A DNA stretch of 57,727 nt, the filler included, from Sphacelaria rigidula (Eukaryota), in assembly GCA_964200075.2 (NCBI GenBank). It is 8 parts of 8 records of this genome, joined end to end, with 100 filler letters (N's around TTAATTAATTAA, not from the genome) between each part and the next. Parts side by side here need not be neighbours in the genome. Positions count along the whole stretch, not along the records: positions 1 to 7,129 come from CAXNAA020016343.1; positions 7,230 to 14,358 come from CAXNAA020016344.1; 6 more parts are not named here. The stretch is one strand, 5' to 3'. Position numbers and translations under genes: made by a program. Numbering within the stretch: position 1 is the stretch's first letter; each line of letters begins with the position of its first letter. The notes beneath the pieces are model-generated. The model did no database searches, was not told the origin of the DNA, and saw only the letters and a program-made list of their open reading frames with translations. Positions 1-11,406 of this stretch are shown here, piece after piece.

Positions 1-369
1 AAGTCAAAGACAGAAAAAAGAAAAAAAAAAAGAAACAGAAAGAAATAGGAACAGAAGAAAAAAAAAAAAAAAAAGAGGGGGCGAACAGAACGACATAGCA
101 GACTAAGTCGTGACAAAAAGAAGTAATAAATATTCAACACAAGCTAAGCGCAGAAAGAAATGGCCGACCTAAAGCAAGAAAGAGGAAGACAAGAGGAAAG
201 TACAAATTAAATAAAAAAAATACAATGCAGCGATGAGAGAAAAATATATATACAATGGAACGATGGAGGGAAAAAAAGGAAAGAAAAAAAAAGCTAAGGG
301 ATTCATGGCAGCAGAGTAGATGCAGACACACACCGGTGGGCACCGCGGAGCCACCGACTAAGGACATAA

Positions 370-693
370 TCAACAACTGATATGAGAGGACAGGATTTTC
401 CGATTGGCAGCCCTCGACGTAGCAACCTCTCGCTTGTGACGGTGGTCTGATCCTCGCTTGTCCGCGCGTCGCCACGTGTCCTCAAACTCTTCCGCTACCT
501 TTTCGACTCCAATATGCCATTTGCCCAGGTCCTTCGCCGCAGTGACCCAATCATATGCATCATTGACCTCTACACCGTAGACGAACCACTTTCGTTGGGC
601 TCCTTTTTGCGAGACAGCTCCTAGCGCACGTAGGTTCTCCTTTAGGGTATCCTCCCATTGCTTGGGGGGGCGGCCGACCTCCTTGGGTCCTCG
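370..693 (-). mobile_element. 3' end of a 5'-truncated RTE-like non-LTR retrotransposon ORF, followed by a T-rich 3' region (1-300 on the minus strand)
   Basis: Manual minus-strand translation is open: RGPKEVGRPPKQWEDTLKENLRALG...DWVTAAKDLGKWHIGVEKVAEEFEDTWRRADKR...SC*. The GRPxxxWxDxxxxxL and WxxxAxDxxxW motifs are typical of the RTE-clade C-terminus. Confidence 0.7.
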
Positions 694-2145
694 TGTGGAA
701 AGCCGACGTATGTATGCACATATGCATGACAGGTTTACACCGCGGTCCAGTCAATCAATGCATTTATCTAGCTTGACAAGCTTTTGTTTACTGTACACAG
801 ATTGATGACTCTCACTACCTTCACAAAACAAGCAATCAACGGAGTAGTACAAATAAAAAGGAAGAAAAAAAAAAACAGTACGACAACAGAAACGAAGAGA
901 ATCCTCCGTCACAAAAGACAACGTGACATATTGTGAGGAAGGTGTATCGCTAGGGTAGATAGACCAAGGAGGAGGCTGTCTTGGGAGATGTCGTCCTGAT
1001 GCCTGATGCCGAAGGAACTCCGAGGCTGGCGATCATTTCCTCTTGTGATATGTAGGCAAGAAGTCGGGTCAGACGGGGAGTGGTCGCCGGGGGCGACCAG
1101 TTCCTCGGGAGATGTTGGTCCGTCCTGATACCAGGCTCTTCCTGGCATCACCCCAAGTTGTCTAGTATCGTTGGCATTACAGGGTCCTCGGTAATCTGGT
1201 CCTTCCGGACCGTTCCCACCTTGTATCTGCTTGCGCTGGTTGTTCATACATGTGTGGACCAATGCTACGATAGGGGTTGCACTTTATGTTTCTGGGTCTC
1301 TTTTTTGTAGGAGCCCAAATATATGGGGCTCACTGTGCAACCCAAATCTCCGGGGACAAGACATGGACATGTACACAGGGGCCTTTTCGTGAATCGGCAT
1401 CATTTTCAGTCAAGTGAAAATGATGCCGATTCTCAAAATGATGCTTGCAACACCCCGAGAAACATTTTCGCTCAAAAAGTGCAACCCTACCGTAGCATCA
1501 CTCTGTGGCATCAGTCTCTGATATGTCACTGCAAAGAGGTATCTTCCACAGTCCCCCCCCTTCATGCGCCCCAAGCCCATCCGGACTGCGGTTGGTGGGA
1601 CGAGGCGATCATCAGCTTCGCTGATGATATAACCGTGGAAGTGTCTTTGGGTGACAATCGTTGATTGAGTCACGCCACTACTAATCGCAAAGGTAGCCCG
1701 TCTCTATACTGTGGTATTGAGAAAACACCCCCAGTAAATTTTAGCTATACCTGTGGTCAGTAACAGTGCATGTGTTGTAAACCCTTTAATTTTGGGTTTC
1801 TTTGTCATGTAGCTGTCATATGTGACATGTTTCCATCAGATGTATCTGCACTCGGGTGCTGGTTGCATCTGCTGGTATGCATGACTGGGCACTGGGACAC
1901 TGATCGATCCACGGGCGCCTGGTTTATTCCTGCCCGGGTCCTGGGATGCCTTCGGTTCCGCGGACACCGGAGCAGGGTTAAGTTCTCGGGTTAGTAACAA
2001 GGCGGTGTTGAAGATACATATATGTGTCTTCTTTCCTGTGAGCATTGTGCTCTTTTGGCTAAACACCTTCAAAATGACCCTTTCTTCTTTTTATTTTGTG
2101 TCCGATAAGTGCATCATGTGTGACACGTTTTCAATGGGATGCTTT

Positions 2146-2747
2146 TGTTAGAGATTTATACAGCCAGCAATCTAGCTGTTTATTTTCTGTGTGTGAGTTT
2201 ATAGTCTGTAGCAAATTAGCGGGACAATATGTTCCGGTTCAACTAGGAGCCACCAATATTGACCGGGGGTGCAAGTACTGTTTTTAATATGGATCCTTGA
2301 GTTCAATATCCAGTCAGACTTGCCACGTAAGCTCGTAGAATAAGGCAGTGTGCTTCCATTGTTTGTGAGTGTCGTAGCTTGAGTAAGAATCCAGTCTGTG
2401 AGCTGGCAAACCAACACGTCAGTCAAGGACGCGTTTTAGTCTACGTACGTGTAGAGCTTAGTTTTTTTGTTCCAAGGGTTAAGCAATTGTATTTGGTGGT
2501 CCTCACTGCCCTCTACAGTCACTCTCCTTCTACTACCATCAGTCCTCCGCCTTGAGAGGAGACTGTGAATGATGCTTTTCGTGGCCAAATAAAGAGCCCC
2601 ATCGACCATTTGTCTCGCTGATTTTATTCTGAAGCTGCAGAAGCAAGTGATCTAATCAACCACGGTGCAACCTCTGTATGCTACTGTTCGCTGAACGGCA
2701 GTTGGCCTGTCGCAAGGACAGTGCTACAAACACGAGTTATTCCAACA
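2146..2747 (+). repeat. 5' LTR of the Copia element
   Basis: Starts TGTT exactly where the flanking tandem-repeat unit is interrupted and ends AACA immediately before a PBS-like sequence. Its last ~170 bp recur at 4380-4550. Confidence 0.75.
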
Positions 2748-2758
2748 GGTTTTGAGCC
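2748..2758 (+). promoter_or_regulatory. Copia-type primer-binding site (degenerate half-tRNA-iMet type)
   Basis: GGTTTTGAGCC directly follows the LTR-terminal CA and resembles the GGTTATGGGCCC PBS known from copia/Ty5-type elements. Confidence 0.6.
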
Positions 2759-2945
2759 ATCGATTCGCGACCACGTAGGTCATCAGGTCATCAGCCTTCG
2801 CTTTGAGACTACGTCGGTCAGCATCAGCGAAGGGACTTCCCATCAAGGTCATCACGGCAGCTAAAAGTGAGAAGAGTCCAGCCTCCATATTTTATATTTG
2901 CACAAGGTTTTAGGTGTGATACATTTTCACACATATTGTAACAAG

Positions 2946-4381
2946 ATGAATAATCAAGGAGAGCCATTTGTTGCACAGCTCATCAGGAGCATCAGGAAAT
3001 TCGATGTAACAAATTTTCTCGAATGGAAGCGCAGCGCGCGCGCAATGATTTCCTTCACACACCCTGGGATTTCGGATATAATGAGTGGAGGTAAACGTCC
3101 CGCGGAAACTTTGAATGACGTCGAGCACATTCAAGGTGCACAATCACTTCCAGTTGCACGACCCAGGTCAAGATCAATTCCGCCACACACCCGCTCCCAA
3201 GGAACCCCGCCGTCTTCATCTGAAGAGGCAGCCGAAACAAGTGATCCACTTGAGGACCCGCTGGCTGGCAGCGAAGTGGACTTCTCTCGAGAGGACACAC
3301 ATGTGAGAGTTGTGGTGAACAGACCTAAAGTTGATAATTGGAATCGCTGCAACGAACAGTTGTTCAATATATTATACTTGACAACTACAGGCCCAGCAGG
3401 CAGCTTTCTTCTTCGCTTCGAGCCGAAGGGCCAAGCAAGACCGGATGGTAAAATTGTATGGGAGGCACTGGTCGGAAAATACGAGAACTCTTCGAACCAA
3501 CGGCGGCGTATTCTAATGCGTCAGCTACATAACATCAACATATCACCAAGATCCTGACGTGTTTTTGACCAAGATCTATGAACTACGTGATCAGCTGGTG
3601 TACATGGATGAGCCCATTTCAGATGATAGACTCACGGACGTCGTGGTGGAAGGCTTGAACGAGGAATACGACAGGATAAAGTATGATGCGGAGCGCCACC
3701 CAGACTTCAGCATCTCCGACATCGAAGTAAGAATGAGGAATATGTATTCAAATCGCGTCGCACGCGGAATTTTGTCGAAGGGAGTACGCGGCCGTGATTC
3801 CGCCATGATAGCAACCTCACCTCTCGATCCATCTGCAATACCTACAAAATTACTGGGAAATCTTTTTCCTGCGGTCGGCCTGGACACCAAAACCGAGACT
3901 GTCGCTCTGAACGACACCCTAACAGCAGGAGCAGGACTGTGAAATGGTGCAGCCTGCATCGTACAGATAAAGACGATAACTCTAAACGCAAGAATCAAAT
4001 CACCAACGGTAATGCGCCGACGAGTAGCAGCAGGAACAACAACCACTACTAGAACAACCATCGCCGTCGCAACAACACACGCAACAACAACAACAACTCC
4101 GGCTCCAGCGCAAACAACACCATCAATGACCCGGTATCAAGCGAATACCGCCACCATGGATCCTGCGTCAACCACTTCTTCAACTACTGTTCCTTCCAAT
4201 GACCAAACTCAAGCCACCAGCGGACCTTTATCTTTGACATTGACTGATACATGCGCGCGCGCCACCAAGCGGCATAGGCTAGACCTTTTTTGCTGATCCT
4301 TCTGACAAGAACAGCACTCAGCTACCGGTTTCGATATCATTCAAGATGGTATGCGACTCCGGGGCCAGTCATCACTACATT
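2946..4381 (+). pseudogene. gag: Copia gag (UBN2-like) with zinc knuckle and start of aspartic protease, frameshifted
   Basis: ORFs 2898-3557 and 3559-3942 read FDVTNFLEWKR, LFNILYLTTTGPA, DGKIVWEALVGKYE and EGLNEEYDRIK. A degenerate CCHC (SFSCGRPGHQNRDC) lies at ~3861-3902, KWCSLH at ~3941, and FKMVCDSGASHHYI at 4340-4381. Confidence 0.85.
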
Positions 4382-4550
4382 TTCTTGGCCAAATAGAGAT
4401 TCGAATCAACCATTTGTCTCACTGATTTTATTCTGAAGCTGCAGAAGCGAGTGGTCTAATCAACCACGGTGCACCTCCGTATACTACTGTTCGCTGAACG
4501 GTAGTTGGCCTGTCGCGAGGACAGTGCTACAAACACGAGTTATTCCAACA
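4380..4550 (+). repeat. Partial 3' LTR of the Copia element
   Basis: Close direct repeat of ~2576-2747, ending in the identical CAAACACGAGTTATTCCAACA. Confidence 0.85.
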
Positions 4551-4743
4551 GCTGTTGCACTTTGGCGCAGGCTGCATCGGTTGGGTACACATGACTAGGC
4601 ACTGGGACATCGACCGGTTCACGGGCGCTTGAGGTATTCCTGCCCGGGTTCTGGGATGCCTTCGGTTCCACTGACACCGGAGTAGAATAAAGCCCTCGCA
4701 TTAGTACCAAAGCGGTGGGTCTGATATTTATCTTTCGAGCATT

Positions 4744-5123
4744 CACAAGCGGCCATTCGGCTTCCCCCCAAAATGCTCTGTTCCGGTCAACGTTTCGAGC
4801 CTCCAGAGGACTTAAACGCCACCAGAGGGTGCGCGGCCCTCCGGAGGGGTGGAATCAAACGCCTCCAGAGGCTTGTTTTGCCTCTGGAGGGTCGCGCATT
4901 CGCCGGAGGCATTTGGAGGATGCTCGGCCCTCCAGAGCACCATCTCTTTTGTTACTCTCGAGGGATTCAGACCTCAGAAGTCACCAGAGTATCAGATGCC
5001 CTCCGGAGGATTCGTGTATGACCGTACCTGGGGATGAAATGCCATCTAGAGGGTATTTTACCCTCGAGAGGATGAAAATCGCGGTAGGGGATTTTCATGG
5101 GGGTAGCCGAATGGCCGCGTGTG
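4744..5123. mobile_element. Non-autonomous DNA transposon (MITE), CACTA/CMC-like, 25-bp TIRs, 2-bp TSD (TT)
   Basis: Left end CACAAGCGGCCATTCGGCTTCCCCC; reverse complement of the right end CACACGCGGCCATTCGGCTACCCCC. The paralogous empty site GAGCATTGTGCTC (~2040) versus the filled GAGCATT-[element]-TTGTGCTC defines a TT duplication. Internal CCTCYRGAGG palindromes are repeated. Confidence 0.8.
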
Positions 5124-5739
5124 TTGTGCTCTCTGGTGAAACATCGACATGATCTTTGCTTCATATCATTTTGTGGCATGCAAGTGTGTCACATGTGACA
5201 CATTTCCACGAGATGCCTTTGCACCTTGGTGCTGGATGCATTTGCTATTTCTACATGCCTGGGCACTGGAGCACTGATCGGTCCACGTGCGCTTAGATTA
5301 TTCATGTCCGGGTCCTGGGACGCCTTCGGTTCCACTGACACCGGAATAGGACAACGTCCTCGTGTTAGTAACAAAGCGATGGGTATGATGTTCATCATGC
5401 AAGCCTTGTGCTCTTTGGTTAAACATCATCGAAATGATTTTTGCTTCTTGTCAGCACTACCCCGATTGCTGAGAGGTTATCTTTCTTGGGAAGTTGCATA
5501 CCAGTCACCGTTGACATGTCAGGTATTTTCACGTTCATGTCTACATTGTTCTAACGTCGTTGTTTTGTCTTCTTCTTTGTGACTCTCATATATCTCCGTA
5601 TTGCGATCTCGGGCTACTGCTCAACTATTGAGCGTTTTGCTAGGACGCTCGAACAATCTGTTGAACAGTCACATCCGTTTCCGTTACCCGGTATTTTCGG
5701 ATTTCGACTCCGGATGTGAGCGCTTTGCTAACCCGTTGT

Positions 5740-7129
5740 CATGACGGTATGTATCAATGAGGTGTCTACCTTGTGATGTTTGATCAGCTCGATAGGTTAG
5801 GTCAGCTGCTGGGCCGTAGCTTTTGAGTCTGAACCTATACTTCCTTTTGGTTATGAACACTTTACCGACCTGGTCCTGGAGCGTAGACTTCCACTTTTTC
5901 GACAGCGTAACGTGCCATTGTAGGCAACGTTTCGTCTGGTTGGTCTCTCTGGTAGAGGTATCCGTTCGTCTAGGAACAACTCGCTCGATTTATCGACATC
6001 TGATGCGGGTGGCGTTTCCCGCGGACGATATTTCTTCAAGTGAGCGATATGTACTGACATTTCTTCAAGAGTCATCGCCTATTTTGATTATGTACACAAC
6101 CGCCGATCGTCTCTCGGCTTTCATGGAAGGTCCTCTCCATGGTAATAGGAGTTTCGGGTTCGGTCCTTCTGAGTTCTGGTATGGTGGGTACAAGCGTACT
6201 TTTTGACCGGGTTTGAACATTGGGGACGGTTTTAATTTGTTTTTTTCCTTGCTCGTTTGCTCCTTCTCGTAGAACTTGATCCGCGATTTCAACTCCTAAC
6301 CGTAGGTTTTCCCGTGTTTCTTTGGAAAATTCTTCGGGTGTTGCGGCTTTTCCCGGATGCCAAATGTGGTAAGACTTCATCGATAAAAGTTTTGGCTGTG
6401 GACGTGGCCTGTCTATTTCGTATCGAAATGAGAAAGGCATACCCTGTGAGGTGGACCATTACGGGCAGTACCTATCTACATAGTACTCCAGCTTTTGACA
6501 TCGAAGCTGTTTTGTGTTCGACTACTAGGTCGGTCAACACTTCCTCGTATGACCGTCATACCGGAACGTGTCCCATCGGCAAATCCTGGTCGGTTGACTG
6601 ACAGCTCTCGGTCACTTTGCACTGGCTTCAAACGGTCGAGCTTCTCAGCTGATATTTGACGGTGATATATGGTTCAGCTGTTTGCAGCGCATGGTCTTTT
6701 GGCACGGTACCACATATTTATGTAAGCGACGGTTTGATTTCAGCTTTTCGTCGATCTGGAGTAGCGCAAACAGCCGTGAGAGGATGCCGGAAAACATCAA
6801 GTTTCTCTGGTTTTTGTCTACTATTATTAATATAAAGTTTACCCGGGGTTTCGTCTCTTGTATTGAGGTGATTTAGCCTAAAATCGTATCACGTTTCAGG
6901 TTCACATGTCGGCTCGACGGGTTGGCAATTTGTACCATTAACAGAGGGTTCTATAAAATGGGGTTCATCAACGAAATGAGGTTTGAGCTCAAAACAGTAC
7001 ATTCTCCACGCTTTCAGCGATGGTGCCCAATGACTTTCTTGTCGGCCTAATGCCCCTCGATCGCGTAGATACTTCTTCAGCGCATTTTATCGACTCTGTG
7101 AGCTTCCAGCGCTGTCCGAAACCGACATT
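5740..7129 (-). pseudogene. Heavily decayed Ty3/Gypsy pol 3' part (RNase H/integrase remnant, GPY/F-type region, chromodomain-like end)
   Basis: Minus-strand fragments QDLPMGHVPV, FKPGQKVRLY...NPKLLLPWRGP...SAVVYII, SVHIAHLKKY and KYRFRLKSYGPAADLTY, with many stops and frameshifts. Confidence 0.7.
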
Positions 7130-7229
7130 NNNNNNNNNNNNNNNNNNNNNNNNNNNNNNNNNNNNNNNNNNNNTTAATTAATTAANNNNNNNNNNNNNNN
7201 NNNNNNNNNNNNNNNNNNNNNNNNNNNNN
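7130..7229. other. Artificial 100-bp spacer
   Basis: 44 N + TTAATTAATTAA (stops in all six frames) + 44 N. Confidence 0.98.
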
Positions 7230-7604
7230 CAGCCCCATATTTTGTATGAACCCCAAAATATAAAATCGGCTGTTTACTGCTGATGCCTCTGCTTTCCCTC
7301 CATTTTTCGAATTTTCGTTCATTTCGATCACTGTGAATTTGATCCTGTATAGAACTAATGACAACACGTTCCATTTTCATCAGTGCTGTCAACAGGCTGT
7401 GTGTTGTCACCCGATTTATGATCGAAGCCAATTCACACCTGTTGGGCATGGTGTGCGGAAAAAAACCCGCGTCTTCACCGGGGCGAATGGCTACTGCCGA
7501 GTTTTGCTCAATCCTGTCAACCGTGTAAAACTTTCAAACCGGTACCCGAACGTTTCGTTAAATTTTTCTTACCGGTACCCGCCAGTTTTGTAAGTCGTGT
7601 AGAA

Positions 7605-8047
7605 ACACGGAATCTTACAAATTGGGGATGGATCTTTTATCGAGGATGAGAAACCCAGAGAATTAAAATCTTCGTATCCACACCAAATCTTCGAAATATG
7701 GTTCCATTTCTTCACCTACTGATGTGTATTGACAACTGCTACACGTCATGGAAGTGTAGATTTTGATCACCAAAATGTTAGGGTCCTAGGTGAAAAACCA
7801 ATTTCGGGGAATTCCGGGTGTCCGAACGGACGCCAGAATGGTTCCGAAGTTGTTTTTTCACCTAGGACCCCAAACATTTCGGTGCTTGAAATTCACATTT
7901 TTATTGCCTTTAGCATTTGTCAATAGACATTAGTAGGTGAAGGAATGAAACTATATTTCGAACATTTGGTGTGGATACGAAGATTTTAATTCTCCGGGTT
8001 TCTCATCCCCAATAAAAGATCCAGCCCCAATTTGTAAGACCCCGTGT
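7605..8047. mobile_element. Fold-back MITE (~443 bp, almost entirely palindromic)
   Basis: The left arm (ACACGGAATCTTACAAATTGGGGATGGATCTTTTAT...TTCACCTACT) is mirrored by the right arm (AGTAGGTGAA...ATAAAAGATCCAGCCCCAATTTGTAAGACCCCGTGT). Inner TAGGGTCCTAGGTGAAAAA and TTTTTCACCTAGGACCC also pair. A second partial copy lies at 43373-43460. Confidence 0.8.
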
Positions 8048-8749
8048 TCAAAGTGCACCATACCCCTGGTCGACAACTCTGTAAGGTCTGTGTGATGGTA
8101 AATGACTGTGTCTGAATTAAAAGTAGTTTGGGATTTGCGGATCACCAGAAACGACCGACGGGTACGAAAAGATTGTATTCGAATGTGTGTTGTGGTAAGG
8201 CAGGATTGGATTGTTGACGCAGCTGGTTGAAGGTAGATAGATTGTACCGGACTAGCCGCGTGTACCTGCTGCTACTACAGCGTTGTTTGGCAAAAGGCAC
8301 AGCACGTCACGGTGATTTTGTATTATGACAAATTGTAGGCGAGGCAGGAGGTGTTGGGAAAACAGCGAACCATAGCTGCTCCCCACCCCCAGCCACTCGC
8401 GATTCACCTGTCAGAGAAAGGCCTATCGTAGAACTAATCACAAGAAGGACCATCAGCTTTTCATCTGTTCTGCGCGACGTCTCCTCTTCTGCCGGCAAGC
8501 TGTGACGAGCTATAACACGAGTAAGTCACACGTAACATAACCCCTTGATGTCTAGTGGTGTTTCCTTTCAGAAAAAGCTCAGTGCTTACTTTCAATAACA
8601 GCTGTCTGCTGTTGACGAGTGCCTTGTGCGAGAGAAACCTACAGTTTGGGTGTAACAGGTCAATCCAGGACCGCTGGCAGACACCTCACAGGAGTGTGGC
8701 TTGCTTGCGTTCGGCGTATACGGTTTTACTGCTTGCGGTATTGCCTATA

Positions 8750-9702
8750 CCGCCACATCTGTAAGCCTCCTATACCCCCAACCCGGGTTCAACGTACACT
8801 CTTATGCGTATATCCGATGCAGGCAGAGTACGGGTATATGCCGGGGGGAGGTGAACATTTGGATTCAATCTCTACTTTCGTTCTGATAACTCGCACTTGT
8901 TCCCCAACCTCCATCAATCAAATCTCCCTGATATTCGAACCTATACACCCTTCAAAATATATATTTTAAACTTTGGTACATGGGACGGGTTACAGGATAC
9001 AGTTGAAGGGGAAAGCGAAACATGGAAAGCAACGCAGACCGTCGGTGTGGGCCATTCCTAGACCCGAGTGATGAATCGAGTGAGGGCCGTTCATCTTCGC
9101 CACCATCGGTAGCAACAATCGGGGTACAGGAAATCGAATTATGGTGTCCAACCCTATCTTGTATAAAGGCCGGTTTGTTGCATACACGGGTATCTTTGCG
9201 GATATTATCCCTATCCGACAGTTTGGTGACCTCTGTAAGACGTTCATACCGGTACCCGAAAGCTCTCTAGCTACTGTAAGACTTTCGTTGGCCTACCCGA
9301 TATTTGTCGTGGATTCTGTAAGACTTTCATTGCCCTACTTGACAGATCTGTGACTTGAGTAACGCTTTCCCAATCCCACTCGCTAGTTATGTGACGTGTG
9401 GAAGAATTCTCCTACCGGTCCATGATAGTTCCGTGATTGCTGTAACCCCCCTATACCCTTACTCGACAGTTCTGTATTTTCTGTACACAAAGTTTACCCC
9501 TCTACCTTCGTACAAGTATCTGGGTGCGTGTTCAATTTTCTATGCAACCTTCTTTCATCACCCGACAACTTCTGGATTCTCTGTAAGCCTCGTATACCTA
9601 CCCTATAGGTTCTGTAACCTTTGTGCGGATTTCGTCCCGGCACTCGTTACTTCTGTAAGATTTATAAAGACTCTCATACCCTATCAAACACACCCTAACC
9701 TT
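8750..9702 (+). mobile_element. Degenerate relative of the hAT-type element at 40757-42673
   Basis: Carries the same subterminal motifs (TCTGTAAG, GGTACCCG). An internal segment is homologous (minus-strand VAKMNGPHSIHHSGLG...DGL versus VAQMNRPRSSHHSSLG...DGL). The decayed right end CCCTATCAAACAC...AACCTT resembles the TIR. Confidence 0.65.
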
Positions 9703-11406
9703 ATGAAAAGAAACATTTATTTTCAGGGCGGTGAACAATCAGCTCTGTTCAGTTCGGGTTAAACTGGCCGCGCCAGTTGCCAGTACATCGATTGTTTTCC
9801 CAGTTAATCGCCCCTCCAGACTGGTGGGGGGTGCCGCGCAGGAGCGCCGCCCGAGGCAGAAGAAATTACGGTGTTTGACCTCTGTTCCCTGCAAAAATCG
9901 TAAATAGTTGTGAGAAATGCAACCACTCACATCGAGCTACGAAGAGGCTTGTCCTGCTCGAAAGTATCTTCAAACGTGGCAAGCGATTCGAAAATCATCC
10001 ATTTATAGTATGCAACAGCAGAAACTCTCCATGAGGACCTGAAGATCGGAAGAAGTATGCCACGGCTGGCAGTACCTTGGGACAAAGAACGCAAGTTCTC
10101 ACCGCGGCTTGTTCAATAGACTGCTTGTGCATTTTGTGATCGCCGGTTACGATTATTTTTTTTCGGATCAGGTACATATCTGCTACATCACGAGGTGTAG
10201 TGGGTATGTCCTACATCATGTTCAGAACGCTCTTCATGCAATTCGCCATTGGGGTTTGGCGTTTGGCACTTCCGCATCAAGCGTCCCACCATAACCAAGT
10301 CAGATTTCTCCATTCCTTCGTTTTCCTCATTCTACTGACCAACCATCGACCGACCGTCGATAGATAAAAACTGTAGAACAAGTAGGTACCAACGAAGTTT
10401 GTCGTACCTGTACTGCTGTAGACTGCAAACTTCAATCGTACAGTCTAATTATGTAAAGTGTTTTTTTTTGTTATAAAACCCTCATAACAAAACTAATACG
10501 AGTGTTCCGGATTTATCGGTTATGGTCCAGTCGAGTAGATTCCATGTGTCATACTCTTGCGTTGTCTAGCCCGACAAGTCATGGGCCATTCTGAGTCTGG
10601 TTGATTTCGAGAGTGCCCCCTACTCGGACACGGTCTTTTGGGAACTCATCTCAACGCACACGTAGCAGCTATCAGCTGGTTGCCAATAATACAAGAAGCA
10701 TCAACACTATCTCGGACTGCTATCTCAGAGGAGCCTTCGGCCTTCACAAATGTAAGCCCACATTGTACACATCATATGGATCTTGTCTCCGGCGTGAACC
10801 TTGGGCATGGCGCCTGGTCATTGGTGTGTGGGTTGACTCCCCACCTGGTAAATCGAGCTCAATGGCTTCGATACTAATGATTGTGTTTGAGCAGCTAGCC
10901 TGGTGCCCACTGAACTGGCACCATTCCCAGCTAGAGTATTGAGCCATGACACAAGAATACTTGGAAAGGACAAGCGGCACAACACCTCAAGATTAACTGG
11001 ACAACTGGCGCTCTCGTAGCCATTTCCAGTTTTATTTACAATGAAGATATACAGTACTAACAGGTCCAGTTCCCAGCCCATTTAATACATGTGTTCGGTG
11101 TATTTTCCCGCAGGAGTTGACATCACTCATTTACAGCCCACGATTCAACACACATGGGAAACGGGGCACTAGAAAGGGACCTCTCACCTTCTTTGTGTTG
11201 ACGCAATACAACACACTCCTACATGCTGTACTTGCTTGTATAGAATACCACAGTTATCAACAGGCCGGTGGTTTTCTCACTGTAAGTTCATCGAGGAGTA
11301 ACCTGATTCCCGATTGCAACCTATCATCCCACTTCCTTATTTCTCCACCTACTTGACATCGTTGCTTTCAACACCCGCTCGTCACGCATTCGCTCACAGT
11401 ACAACT

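Larger units (their letters stand above)
2146..4550 (+). mobile_element. Ty1/Copia LTR retrotransposon, internally deleted (5' LTR, PBS, gag, start of protease, then 3' part of the 3' LTR)
   Basis: Termini are TGTTAGA...TCCAACA. The 5-bp flanks are GCTTT (2141-2145) and GCTGT (4551-4555). A direct repeat links ~2576-2747 and ~4380-4550. Gag and DSGASHH protease motifs lie inside. Confidence 0.85.
1810..5450. repeat. Diverged ~290-300-bp tandem repeat, three units; unit 2 is split by two nested insertions
   Basis: Shared blocks TGTGACA...GATG, GGCACTGG, CTGGGAYGCCTTCGGTTCC, TTAGTAMCAA and TTGTGCTC occur at ~1815-2115, at 2118-2145 + 4551-4743 + 5124-5190, and at 5190-5450. The ORF track shows the same peptide (PVSxEPKASQxP) three times. 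Confidence 0.75.

Noticed and set aside
905..1745. ORFs of 76-117 aa, possibly an old retrotransposon integrase region
   Set aside because: Only vague echoes (FTGGVF, WWDEA) on opposite strands; no supportable assignment.
4790..5075. Repeated short palindromes as a CRISPR array
   Set aside because: Repeats are only ~10 bp, irregularly spaced and enclosed by TIRs; no cas genes; eukaryotic context.
7174..7185. TTAATTAATTAA recurring every ~7.23 kb as a biological repeat or piggyBac target
   Set aside because: It is always embedded in symmetric N-runs and is an artificial six-frame stop linker.
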